The notes under the pieces: generated by a model
What the model was told of the DNA's origin: nothing
Database searches by the model: none
The model's input: only the letters and a program-made list of their open reading frames with translations
Translations under genes and position numbers: made by a program
Shown here: piece by piece, positions 15,001 through 30,900 of the stretch
Layout: every line of letters begins with the position of its first letter
Position numbering within the stretch: position 1 is the stretch's first letter
DNA from: Eledone cirrhosa
Taxonomy: Eukaryota
DNA: 64,000 nucleotides
Assembly (NCBI GenBank): GCA_964016885.1
Contig: CAXHJY010001327.1
Location: 248,001 to 312,000, forward strand
Reading direction: 5' to 3'

Positions 15001-18000
15001 GAATATAAAACTAGTAATAACTGTTACAATGAATATAAAACTAGTAATGACTGTTACAATGAATATAAAACTAGTAATGACTGTTACAATGAATATAAAA
15101 CTAGTAATGACTATTATAATGAAATATAGAACAAGTAATGACTGTTACAATGAAATATAGAACTAGTAATGACTGTTACATTGAAATATAAAACTAGTAA
15201 TGGCTATTACAATGAAATATAGACCTAGTAATGACTGTTACAATGAAATATAGAACTAGTAATGACTGTTACAATCAAATATAAAACTAGTAATGACTGT
15301 TACAATCAAATATAAAACTAGTAATGACTTATAATGAAATATAGAATTAGTAATGACTGTTACAATGAAATATAAAACTAGTAATGACTGTTACAATGAA
15401 ATAATGAACTAGTAATGACTGTTACAATGAAATATAAAACTAGTAATGACTGTTACAATGAAATATAGTACTAGTAATGACTGTTACAATGAATATAAAA
15501 CTAGTAATGACTGTTACCATGAATATAAAACTAGTAATGACTGACCATGAATATAAAACTAGTAATGACTGTTACAATGAAATAATGAACTAGTAATGAC
15601 TGTTACAATGAAATAATGAACTAGTAATGACTGTTACAATGAAATATAAAACCAGTAATGACTGTTACCATGAATATAAAACTAGTAATGACTGTTACCA
15701 TGAATACAAAACTAGTAATGACTGTTACAATGAAATATAGTTCTAGTAATGACTGTTACAAAGAAATATAGAACTGGTAATGACTGTTACAATGAAATAT
15801 AAAACTAGTAATGACTGTTACAATGAAATATAAAACTAATAATGACTTATAATGAAATATAGAATTAGTAATGACTGTTACAATGAAATATAAAACTAGT
15901 AATGACTGTTACAATGAAATATAAAACTAGTAATGACTGTTACAATGAACTATAAAACTAGTAATGACCGTTACAATGAACTATAAAACTAGTAATGACT
16001 GTTACAATGAAATATAGTACTAGAAATGACTGTTACAATGAATATAAAACTAGTAATGACTTACCATGAATATAAAACTAGTAATGACTGTTACAATGAA
16101 ATATAGTTCTAGTAATGACTGTTACAATGAAATATAGTTCTAGTAATGACTGTTACAATGAAATATAGAACTGGTAATGACTGTTACAATGAAATATAGA
16201 ACTAGTAATGACTGTTACAATGAAATATAGAACTAGTATTGACTGCGACAATGAAATATAGAATTAGTAATGACTGTCACAATGAAATATAGTTCTAGTA
16301 ATGACTGTTACAATGAAATATAGAACTAGTAATGACTGTTACAATGAAATATAGAACTAGTAATGACCGTTACAATGAAATATAGAACTAGTAATGACTG
16401 TTACAATGAAATATAGAACTAGTAATGACTGTTACAATGAAATATAGAATTAGGAATGACTGTCACAATGAAATATAAAACTAGTAATGACTGTATCAAT
16501 GAAATATAGAACTAGTAATGACTGTTACAATGAAATATAAAACTAGTAATGACTGTTACAATGAATATAAAACTAGTAATGACTGTTACAATGAAATATA
16601 AAACTAGTAATGACTGTTACATTGAAATATAAAACTAGTAATGGCTATTACAATGAAATATAGAACTAGTAATGACTGTTACAATGAAATATAAAACTAG
16701 TAATGACTGTTACAATGAATATAAAACTAGTAATGACTTATAATGAAATATAGTACTAGTAATGATTGTTACAATGAAATATAAAACTAGTAATGACTGT
16801 CACAATGAAATATAAAACTAGTAATGACTGTAACAATGAAATATAGAACTAGTAATGACTGTTACAATGAAATATAAAACTAGTAATGACTGTTACAATG
16901 AATATAAAACTAGTAATGACTGTTACAATGAAATATAAAACTAGTAATGACTGTTACATTGAAATATAAAACTAGTAATGGCTATTACAATGAAATATAG
17001 AACTAGTAATGACTGTTACGATGAAATATAGTACTAGAATTGACTGTTACAATGAATATAAAACTAGTAATGACTGTTACCATGAATATAAAACTAGTAA
17101 TGCCTTTTACAATGAAATATAGTTCTAGTAATGACTGTTACAATGAAATATAGAACTGGTAATGACTGTTACAATGAAATATAAAACTAGTAATGACTGT
17201 TACAATGAAATAGATAACTAGTAATAACTGTTACAATGAATATAAAACTAGGAATGACTGTTACAATGAAATATAGTTCTAGTAATGACTGTTACAATGA
17301 AATACAGTTCTAGTAATGACTGTTACAATGAATATAAAACTAGTAATGACTGTTATAATGAAATATAGAACTAGTAATGACTGTTTCAAAGAAATATAGA
17401 ACTAGTAATGACTGTTACAATGAAATATAGAACTAGTAATGACTGTTACATTGAAATATAAAACTAGTAATGGCTGTTACAATGAAATATAGAACTAGTA
17501 ATGACTGTTACAATGAAATATAAAACTAGTAATGACTTATAATGAAATATAGAATTAGTAATGACTGTTACAATGAAATATAAAACTAGTAATGACTGTT
17601 ACATGAAATATTGAACTAGTATTGACTGTTACAATGAAATATAAAACTAGTAATGACTGTTACGATGAACTATAAAACTAGTAATGACTGTTACAATGAA
17701 TATAAAACTAGTAATGACTGATACCATGAATATAAAACTAGTAATGACTTACCATGAATATAAAACTAGTAATGACTGTTACAATGAAATATAGTTCTAG
17801 TAATGACTGTTACAATGAAATATAGTTCTAGTAATGACTGTTACAATGAAATATAGTTCTAGTAATGACTGTTACAATGAAATATAGAACTGGTAATGAC
17901 TGTTACAATGAAATATAGAACTAGTAATGACTGTTACAATCAAATATAAAACTAGTAATGACTGTTACAATCAAATATAAAACTAGTAATGACTTATAAT

Positions 18001-21000
18001 GAAATATAGAATTAGTAATGACTGTTACAATGAAATATAAAACTAGTAATGACTGTTACAATGAAATAATGAACTAGTAATGACTGTTACAATGAAATAT
18101 AAAACTAGTAATGACTGTTACAATGAAATATAGTACTAGTAATGACTGTTACAATGAATATAAAACTAGTAATGACTGTTACCATGAATATAAAACTAGT
18201 AATGACTGACCATGAATATAAAATTAGTAATGACTGTTACAATGAAATAATGAACTAGTAATGACTGTTACAATGAAATAATGAACTAGTAATGACTGTT
18301 ACAATGAAATATAAAACCAGTAATGACTGTTACCATGAATATAAAACTAGTAATGACTGTTACCATGAATACAAAACTAGTAATGACTGTTACAATGAAA
18401 TATAGTTCTAGTAATGACTGTTACAAAGAAATATAGAACTGGTAATGACTGTTACAATGAAATATAAAACTAGTAATGACTGTTACAATGAAATATAAAA
18501 CTAATAATGACTTATAATGAAATATAGAATTAGTAATGACTGTTACAATGAAATATAAAACTAGTAATGACTGTTACAATGAAATATAAAACTAGTAATG
18601 ACTGTTACAATGAAATATAAAACTAGTAATGACTGTTACAATGAACTATAAAACTAGTAATGACCGTTACAATGAACTATAAAACTAGTAATGACTGTTA
18701 CAATGAAATATAGTACTAGAAATGACTGTTACAATGAATATAAAACTAGTAATGACTTACCATGAATATAAAACTAGTAATGACTGTTACAATGAAATAT
18801 AGTTCTAGTAATGACTGTTACAATGAAATATAGTTCTAGTAATGACTGTTACAATGAAATATAGAACTGGTAATGACTGTTACAATGAAATATAGAACTA
18901 GTAATGACTGTTACAATGAAATATAGAACTAGTATTGACTGCGACAATGAAATATAGAATTAGTAATGACTGTCACAATGAAATATAGTTCTAGTAATGA
19001 CTGTTACAATGAAATATAGAACTAGTAATGACTGTTACAATGAAATATAGAACTAGTAATGACCGTTACAATGAAATATAGAACTAGTAATGACTGTTAC
19101 AATGAAATATAGAACTAGTAATGACTGTTACAATGAAATATAGAATTAGGAATGACTGTCACAATGAAATATAAAACTAGTAATGACTGTAACAATGAAA
19201 TATAGAACTAGTAATGACTGTTACAATGAAATATAAAACTAGTAATGACTGTTACAATGAATATAAAACTAGTAATGACTGTTACAATGAAATATAAAAC
19301 TAGTAATGACTGTTACATTGAAATATAAAACTAGTAATGGCTATTACAATGAAATATAGAACTAGTAATGACTGTTACAATGAAATATAAAACTAGTAAT
19401 GACTGTTACAATGAATATAAAACTAGTAATGACTTATAATGAAATATAGTACTAGTAATGATTGTTACAATGAAATATAAAACTAGTAATGACTGTCACA
19501 ATGAAATATAAAACTATTAATGACTGTAACAATGAAATATAGAACTAGTAATGACTGTTACAATGAAATATAAAACTAGTAATGACTGTTACAATGAATA
19601 TAAAACTAGTAATGACTGTTACAATGAAATATAAAACTAGTAATGACTGTTACATTGAAATATAAAACTAGTAATGGCTATTACAATGAAATATAGAACT
19701 AGTAATGACTGTTACGATGAAATATAGTACTAGAATTGACTGTTACAATGAATATAAAACTAGTAATGACTGTTACCATGAATATAAAACTAGTAATGCC
19801 TTTTACAATGAAATATAGTTCTAGTAATGACTGTTACAATGAAATATAGAACTGGTAATGACTGTTACAATGAAATATAAAACTAGTAATGACTGTTACA
19901 ATGAAATAGATAACTAGTAATAACTGTTACAATGAATATAAAACTAGGAATGACTGTTACAATGAAATATAGTTCTAGTAATGACTGTTACAATGAAATA
20001 CAGTTCTAGTAATGACTGTTACAATGAATATAAAACTAGTAATGACTGTTATAATGAAATATAGAACTAGTAATGACTGTTTCAAAGAAATATAGAACTA
20101 GTAATGACTGTTACAATGAAATATAGAACTAGTAATGACTGTTACATTGAAATATAAAACTAGTAATGGCTGTTACAATGAAATATAGAACTAGTAATGA
20201 CTGTTACAATGAAATATAAAACTAGTAATGACTTATAATGAAATATAGAATTAGTAATGACTGTTACAATGAAATATAAAACTAGTAATGACTGTTACAT
20301 GAAATATTGAACTAGTATTGACTGTTACAATGAAATAAAAAACTAGTAATGACTGTTACGATGAACTATAAAACTAGTAATGACTGTTACAATGAATATA
20401 AAACTAGTAATGACTGATACCATGAATATAAAACTAGTAATGACTTACCATGAATATAAAACTAGTAATGACTGTTACAATGAAATATAGTTCTAGTAAT
20501 GACTGTTACAATGAAATATAGTTCTAGTAATGACTGTTACAATGAAATATAGTTCTAGTAATGACTGTTACAATGAAATATAGAACTGGTAATGACTGTT
20601 AAAATGAAATATAGAACTAGTATTGACTGCGACAATGAAATATAGAATTAGTAATGGCTGTCACAATGAAATATAGTTCTAGTAATGACTGTTACAATGA
20701 AATATAGAACTAGTAATGACTGTCACAATGAAATATAGAACTAGTACTGACTGTTACAATGAAATATAGAACTAGTAATGACTGTTACAATGAAATATAG
20801 AATTAGTAATGACTGTCACAATGAAATATAAAACTAGTAATGACTGTTACAATGAAATATAGAACTAGTAATGACTGTTACATTGAAATATAAAACTAGT
20901 AATGACTGTTATAATAAAATATAGTACTAGTAATGACTGTTACAATGAATATAAAACTAGTAATGACTGTTACAACGAATATAAAACTAGTAATGACTGT

Positions 21001-24000
21001 TACAATGAAATATAAAACAATCAATGACTGTTTCAATGAAAAATAGAACTAGTAATGACTGTTACAATGAAATATACAACTAGTAATGACTGTTACAATG
21101 AAATATACAACTAGTAATAACTGTTACAATGGAATATAAAACTAGTAATGACTGTTTCAATGAAATATGGTAGTAGTAATAACTGTTATAATGAAATATA
21201 AAACTAGTAATGACTGTTACAATGAATATAAAACTAGTAATGACTGTTACAATGAAATATAAAACTAGTAATAACTGTTACAATGAAATATAAAACTAGT
21301 AATGACTGTTACAATGAATATAAAACTAGTAATGACTGTTACAAGGAATATAAAACTAGTAATGACTGTTACAAGGAATATAAAACTAGTAATGACTGTT
21401 ACAAGGAATATAAAACTAGTAATGACTGTTTCAATGAAATATAGAACTAGTAATGACTGTTTCAATGAAATATAGAACTAGTAATGACTGTTACAATGAA
21501 ATATAGAACTAGTAATGACTGTTACATTGAAATATAAAACTAGTAATGGCTATTACAATGAAATATAGAACTAGTAATGACTGTTACAATGAAATATAAA
21601 ACTAGTAATGACTTATAATGAAACATAGAATTAGTAATGACTGTTACAATGAAATATAAAACTAGTAATGACTGTTACAATGTAATAATGAACTAGTAAT
21701 GTTTGTTACAATGAAATATTAAACTAGTAATGACTGTTACAATGAAATATAGTACTAGTAATGACTGTTACCATGAATATAAAACTAGTAATGACAGTTA
21801 CAATGAATATAAAACTAGTAATGACTGTTACAATGAATATAAAACTAGTAATGACTGTTACAATGAATATAAAATTAGTAATGACTGTTATAATGAAATA
21901 TAGAACTAGTAATGACTGTTACAATGAAATATAGAACTAGTAATGACTGTTACAATGAAATATAGAACTAGTAATGACTGTTACAATGAAATATAGAACT
22001 AGTAATGACTGTTACATTGAAATATATAACTAGTAATGGCTATTACAATGAAATATAGAACTAGTAATGACTGTTACATTGAAATATAAAACTAGTAATG
22101 GCTTTTACAATGAAATATAGAACTAGTAATGACTGTTACAATGAAATATAAAACTAGTAATGACTGTTACAATGAAATATTGAACAAGTAATGACTGTTA
22201 CAATGAAATATAAAACTAGTAATGACTGTTACAATGAATATAAAACTAGTAATGACTGTTACAATGAAATATAGAACTAGTAATAACTGTTACAATGAAT
22301 ATAAAACTAGTAATGACTGTTACAAGGAATATAATACTAGTAATGACTGTTACAAGGAATATAAAACTAGTAATGACTTATAATGAAATATAGAACTAGT
22401 AATGACTGTTTCAATGAAATATAGAACTAGTAATGACTGTTACAATGAAATATAGAACTAGTAATGACTGTTACAATGAATATAAAACTAGTAATGACTG
22501 TTCCAATGAATATAAAACTAGTAATAACTGTTACAATGAATATAAAACTAGTAATGACTGTTACAATGAATATAAAACTAGTAATGACTGTTACAATGAA
22601 TATAAAACTAGTAATGACTATTATAATGAAATATAGAACAAGTAATGACTGTTACAATGAAATATAGAACTAGTAATGACTGTTACATTGAAATATAAAA
22701 CTAGTAATGGCTATTACAATGAAATATAGACCTAGTAATGACTGTTACAATGAAATATAGAACTAGTAATGACTGTTACAATCAAATATAAAACTAGTAA
22801 TGACTGTTACAATCAAATATAAAACTAGTAATGACTTATAATGAAATATAGAATTAGTAATGACTGTTACAATGAAATATAAAACTAGTAATGACTGTTA
22901 CAATGAAATAATGAACTAGTAATGACTGTTACAATGAAATATAAAACTAGTAATGACTGTTACAATGAAATATAGTACTAGTAATGACTGTTACAATGAA
23001 TATAAAACTAGTAATGACTGTTACCATGAATATAAAACTAGTAATGACTGACCATGAATATAAAACTAGTAATGACTGTTACAATGAAATAATGAACTAG
23101 TAATGACTGTTACACTGAAATAATGAACTAGTAATGACTGTTACAATGAAATAATGAACTAGTAATGACTGTTACAATGAAATATAAAACCAGTAATGAC
23201 TGTTACCATGAATATAAAACTAGTAATGACTGTTACCATGAATACAAAACTAGTAATGACTGTTACAATGAAATATAGTTCTAGTAATGACTGTTACAAA
23301 GAAATATAGAACTGGTAATGACTGTTACAATGAAATATAAAACTAGTAATGACTGTTACAATGAAATATAAAACTAATAATGACTTATAATGAAATATAG
23401 AATTAGTAATGACTGTTACAATGAAATATAAAACTAGTAATGACCGTTACAATGAACTATAAAACTAGTAATGACTGTTACAATGAAATATAGTACTAGA
23501 AATGACTGTTACAATGAATATAAAACTAGTAATGACTTACCATGAATATAAAACTAGTAATGACTGTTACAATGAAATATAGTTCTAGTAATGACTGTTA
23601 CAATGAAATATAGTTCTAGTAATGACTGTTACAATGAAATATAGAACTGGTAATGACTGTTACAATGAAATATAGAACTAGTAATGACTGTTACAATGAA
23701 ATATAGAACTAGTATTGACTGCGACAATGAAATATAGAATTAGTAATGACTGTCACAATGAAATATAGTTCTAGTAATGACTGTTACAATGAAATATAGA
23801 ACTAGTAATGACTATTACAATGAAATATAGAACTAGTAATGACTGTTACAATGAAATATAGAACTAGTAATGACTGTTACAATGAAATATAGAACTAGTA
23901 ATGACTGTTACAATGAAATATAGAATTAGGAATGACTGTCACAATGAAATATAAAACTAGTAATGACTGTAACAATGAAATATAGAACTAGTAATGACTG

Positions 24001-24900
24001 TTACAATGAAATATAAAACTAGTAATGACTGTTACAATGAATATAAAACTAGTAATGACTGTTACAATGAAATATAAAACTAGTAATGACTGTTACATTG
24101 AAATATAAAACTAGTAATGGCTATTACAATGAAATATAGAACTAGTAATGACTGTTACAATGAAATATAAAACTAGTAATGACTGTTACAATGAATATAA
24201 AACTAGTAATGACTTATAATGAAATATAGTACTAGTAATGATTGTTACAATGAATATAAAACCAGTAATGACTGTTACCATGAATATGAAACTAGTAATG
24301 ACTGTTACAATGAATATAAAACTAGTAATGACTGTTACAATGAATATAAAACTAGTAATGACTGTTATAATGAAATATAGAACCAGTAATGACTGTTACA
24401 ATGAAATATAGAACTAGTAATGACTGTTACAATGAAATATAGAACTAGTAATGACTGTTACAATGAAATATAGAACTAGTAATGACTGTTACATTGAAAT
24501 ATAAAACTAGTAATGGCTATTACAACGAAATATAGAACTAGTAATGACTGTTACATTGAAATATAAAACTAGTAATGGCTTTTACAATGAAATATAGAAC
24601 TAGTAATGACTGTTACAATGAAATATAAAACTAGTAATGACTGTTACAATGAATATACAACTAGTAATGACTGTTATAATGAAATATAGAACTAGTAATG
24701 ACTGTTACAATGAAATATAGAACTAGTAATGACTGTTACAATGAAATATAGAACTAGTAATGACTGTTACAATGAAATATAGAACTAGTAATGACTGTTA
24801 CATTGAAATATAAAACTAGTAATGGCTATTACAATGAAATATAGAACTAGTAATGACTGTTACATTAAAATATAAAACTAGTAATGGCTTTTACAATGAA
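1..24900. repeat. Left satellite domain built from irregular multi-kb duplicated blocks (approximate limits)
   Basis: Marker GTTTGTTAC at 6991, 11591, 14194 and 21701 (offsets 4600, 2603, 7507, matching the ORF-track offsets). ATGCCTTTTAC at 951, 4994, 9961, 17100 and 19796. ACAATCAATG at 6277, 10877 and 21017. Confidence 0.8.
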
Positions 24901-24999
24901 ATATAGAACTTGTAATGACTGTTACAATGAAATATAGAACTAGTAATGACTGTTACAATGAAATATAAAACTAGTAATGACTGTTACAACGAACTATAA

Positions 25000-27900
25000 A
25001 ACTAGTAATGACTGTTACAATGAAATATAGTACTAGAAATGACTGTTACAATGAATATAAAACTAGTAATGACTGTTACCATGAATATAAAACTAGTAAT
25101 GACTTACCATGAATATAAAACTAGTAATGACTGTTACAATGAAAAATAGTTCTAGTAATGACAGTTACAATGAAATATAGTTCTAGTAATGACTGTTATA
25201 ATGAAATATAGAACTGGTAATGACTGTTACAATGAAATATAGAACGAGTATTGACTGTGGCAATGAAATATAGAATTAGTAATGACTGTCACAATGAAAT
25301 ATAGTTCTAGTAATGACGGTTACAATGAAATATAGAACTAGTAATGACTGTTACAATGAAATATAGAACTAGTAATGACTGTTACAATGAAATATAGAAC
25401 TAGTAATGACTGTTACAATGAAATATACAACTATTAATGACTGTTACAATGAAATAATGAACTAGTGATGACTGTTACAATGAAATAATGAACTAGTCAT
25501 GACTGTTACAATGAAATATAAAACTAGTAATGACTGTTACAATGAAATATAGTACTAGTAATGACTGTTACAATGAATATAAAACTAGTAATGACTGTTA
25601 CCATGAATATAAAACTAGTAATGACTTACCATGAACATAAAACTAGTAATGACTGTTACAATGAAATAATGAACTAGTAATGACTGTTACAATGAAATAT
25701 AAAACTAGTAATGACTGTTACAATGAAATATAGTACTAGTAATGACTGTTACAATGAATATAAAACTAGTAATGACTGTTACCATGAATATAAAACTAGT
25801 AATGACTGTTACAATGAAATATAGTTCTAGTAATGACTGTTACAATGAAATATAGAACTGGTAATGACTGTTACAATGAAATATAAAACTAGTAATGACT
25901 GTTACAATGAAATATAAAACTACTAATGACTTATAATGAAATATAGAATTAGTAATGACTGTTACAATGAAATATAAAACTAGTAATGACTGTTACAATG
26001 AAATATTGAACTAGTAATGACTGTTACAATGAAATATAAAACAAGTAATGACTGTTACAATGAACTATAAAACTAGTAATGACTGTTACAATGAAATATA
26101 GTACTAGTAATGACTGTTACAATGAATATAAAACTAGTAATGACTGTTACAATGAATATAAAACTAGTAATGACTGTTACAATGAATATAAAACTAGTAA
26201 TGACTGTTACAATGAAATATAGAACAAGTAATGACTGTTACAATGAAATATAGAACTAGTAATGACTGTTACATTGAAATATAAAACTAGTAATGGCTAT
26301 TACAATGAAATATAGAACTAGTAATGACTGTTACAATGAAATATAAAACTAGTAATGACTGTTACGATCAAATATAAAACTAGTAATGACTGTTACAATC
26401 AAATATAAAACTAGTAATGACTTATTAGGAAATATAGAATTAGTAATGACTGTTACAATGAAATATCAAACTAGTAATGACTGTTACAATGAAATAATGA
26501 ACTAGTAATGACTGTTACAATGAAATATAAAACTAGTAATGACTGTTACAATGAAATATAGTACTAGTAATGACTGTTACAATGAATATAAAACTAGTAA
26601 TGACTGTTACCATGAATATAAAACTAGTAATGACTGTGACCATGAATATAAAACTAGTAATGACTGTTACAATGAAATAATGAACTAGTAATGACTGTTA
26701 CAATGAAATATAAAACCAGTAATGACTGTTACCATGAATATAAAACTAGTAATGACTGTTACCATGAATATAAAACTAGTAATGACTGTTACAATGAAAT
26801 ATAGTTCTAGTAATGACTGTTACAATGAAATATAGAACTGGCAATGACTGTTACAATGAAATATAAAACTAGTAATGACTGTTACAATGAAATATAAAAC
26901 TAGTAATGACTGTTACAATGAAATATAAAACTAATTATTACTTATAATGAAATATAGAATTAGTAATGACTGTTACAATGAAATATAAAACTAGTAATGA
27001 CTGTTACAATGAAATATAAAACTAGTAATAACTGTTACAATGAACTATAAAACTAGTAATGACCGTTACAATGAACTATAAAACTAGTAATGACTGTTAC
27101 AATGAAATATAGTACTAGAAATGACTGTTACAATGAATATAAAACTAGAAATGACTGTTACCATGAATATAAAACTAGTAATGACTTACCATGAATATAA
27201 AACTAGTAATGACTGTTACAATGAAATATAGTTCTAGTAATGACTGTTACAATGAAATATAGTTCTAGTAATGACTGTTACAATGAAATATAGAACTGGT
27301 AATGACTGTTACCATGAATATGAAACTAGTAATGACTGTTACAATGAATATAAAACTAGTAATGACTGTTACAATGAATATAAAACTAGTAATGACTGTT
27401 ATAATGAAATATAGAACTAGTAATGACTGTTACAATGAAATATAGAACTAGTAATGACTGTTACAATGAAATATAGAACTAGTAATGACTGTTACAATGA
27501 AATATAGAACTAGTAATGACTGTTACATTGAAATATAAAACTAGTAATGGCTTTTACAATGAAATATAGAACTTGTAATGACTGTTACAATGAAATATAG
27601 TACTAGAAATGACTGTTACAATGAATATAAAACTAGTAATGACTGTTACCATGAATATAAAACTAGTAATGACTTATAATGAAATATAGAATTAGTAATG
27701 ACTGTTACAATGAAATATAAAACTAGTAATGACTGTTACAATGAAATATTGAACAAGTAATGACTGTTACAATGAAATATAAAACTAGTAATGACTGTTA
27801 CAACGAACTATAAAACTAGTAATGACTGTTACAATGAAATATAGTACTAGAAATGACTGTTACAATGAATATAAAACTAGTAATGACTGTTACCATGAAT

Positions 27901-30900
27901 ATAAAACTAGTAATGACTTACCATGAATATAAAACTAGTAATGACTGTTACAATGAAAAATAGTTCTAGTAATGACTGTTACAATGAAATATAGTTCTAG
28001 TAATGACTGTTATAATGAAATATAGAACTGGTAATGACTGTTACAATGAAATATAGAACGAGTATTGACTGTGGCAATGAAATATAGAATTAGTAATGAC
28101 TGTCACAATGAAATATAGTTCTAGTAATGACGGTTACAATGAAATATAGAACTAGTAATGACTGTTACAATGAAATATAGAACTAGTAATGACTGTTACA
28201 ATGAAATATAGAACTAGTAATGACTGTTACAATGAAATATACAACTATTAATGACTGTTACAATGAAATATACAACTATTAATGACTGTTACAATGAAAT
28301 AATGAACTAGTGATGACTGTTACAATGAAATAATGAACTAGTCATGACTGTTACAATGAAATATAAAACTAGTAATGACTGTTACAATGAAATATAGTAC
28401 TAGTAATGACTGTTACAATGAATATAAAACTAGTAATGACTGTTACCATGAATATAAAACTAGTAATGACTTACCATGAATATAAAACTAGTAATGACTG
28501 TTACAATGAAATATAGTTCTAGTAATGACTGTTACAATGAAATATAGAACTGGTAATGACTGTTACAATGAAATATAAAACTAGTAATGACTGTTACAAT
28601 GAAATATAAAACTACTAATGACTTATAATGAAATATAGAATTAGTAATGACTGTTACAATGAAATATAAAACTAGTAATGACTGTTACAATGAAATATTG
28701 AACTAGTAATGACTGTTACAATGAAATATAAAACTAGTAATGACTGTTACAATGAACTATAAAACTAGTAATGACTGTTACAATGAAATATAGTACTAGT
28801 AATGACTGTTACAATGAATATAAAACTAGTAATGACTGTTACAATGAATATAAAACTAGTAATGACTATTATAATGAAATATAGAACAAGTAATGACTGT
28901 TACAATGAAATATAGAACTAGTAATGACTGTTACATTGAAATATAAAACTAGTAATGGCTATTACAATGAAATATAGAACTAGTAATGACTGTTACAATG
29001 AAATATAGAACTAGTAATGACTGTTACAATCAAATATAAAACTAGTAATGACTGTTACAATCAAATATAAAACTAGTAATGACTTATAATGAAATATAGA
29101 ATTAGTAATGACTGTTACAATGAAATATAAAACTAGTAATGACTGTTACAATGAAATAATGAACTAGTAATGACTGTTACAATGAAATATAAAACTAGTA
29201 ATGACTGTTACAATGAAATATAGTACTAGTAATGACTGTTACAATGAATATAAAACTAGTAATGACTGTTACCATGAATATAAAACTAGTAATGACTGTG
29301 ACCATGAATATAAAACTAGTAATGACTGTGGCCATGAATATAAAACTAGTAATGACTGTTACAATGAAATATAAAACCAGTAATGACTTACCATGAATAT
29401 AAAACTAGTAATGACTGTTACCATGAATATAAAACTAGTAATGACTGTTACAATGAAATATAGTTCTAGTAATGACTGTTACAATGAAATATAGAACTGG
29501 TAATGACTGTTACAATGAAATATAAAACTAGTAATGACTGTTACAATGAAATATAAAACTAATAATGACTTATAATGAAATATAGAATTAGTAATGACAG
29601 TTACAATGAAATATAAAACTAGTAATGACTGTTACAATGAAATATAAAACTAGTAATGACTGTTACAATGAACTATAAAACTAGTAATGACTGTTACAAT
29701 GAACTATAAAACTAGTAATGACTGTTACAATGAAATATAGTACTAGAAATGACTGTTACAATGAATATAAAACTAGTAATGACTGTTACCATGAATATAA
29801 AACTAGTAATGACTTACCATGAATATAAAGCTAGTAATGACTGTTACAATGAAATATAGTTCTAGTAATGACTGTTACAATGAAATATAGTTCTAGTAAT
29901 GACTGTTACAATGAAATATAGTTCTAGTAATGACTGTTACAATGAAATATAGATCTACTAATGACTGTTACAATGAAATATAGAACTAGTATTGACTGCG
30001 ACAATGAAATATAGAATTAGTAATGACTGTCACAATGAAATATAGTTCTAGTAATGACTGTTCCAATGAAATATAGAACTAGTAATGACTGTTACAATGA
30101 AATATACAACTAGTAATGACTGTTACAATGAAATATAGAACAAGTAATGACTGTTACGATGAAATATAGAACTATTAATGACTGTTACAATGAAAAATAG
30201 AATTAGGAATGACTGTCACAATGAAATATAGAACTAGTAATGACTGTTACAATGAAATATAGAACTAGTAATGACTGTTACAATGAAATATAGAACTAGT
30301 AATGACTGTTACATTGAAATATAAAACTAGTAATGGCTATTACAATGAAATATAGAACTAGTAATGGCTATTACAATGAAATATAGAACTAGTAATGACT
30401 GTTACATTGAAATATAAAACTAGTAATGGCTTTTACAATGAAATATAGAACTAGTAATGACTTATAATGAAGTATAGAATTAGTAATGACTGTTACAATG
30501 AATATAAAACTAGTAATGACTGTTACCATGAATATAAAACTAGTAATGACTGTTACAATGAATATAAAACTAGTAATGACTGTTACAATGAATATAAAAC
30601 TAGTAATGACTGTTACAATGAATATAAAACTAGTAATGACTGTTATAATGAAACATAGAACTAGTAATGACTGTTATAATGAAATATAGAACTAGTAATG
30701 ACTGTTACAATGAAATATAGAACTAGTAATGACTGTTACAATGAAATATAGAACTAGTAATGACTGTTACAATGAAATATAGAACTAGTAATGACTGTTA
30801 CATTGAAATATAAAACTAGTAATGGCTATTACAATGAAATATAGAACTAGTAATGACTGTTACATTGAAATATAAAACTAGTAATGGCGTTTACAATGAA

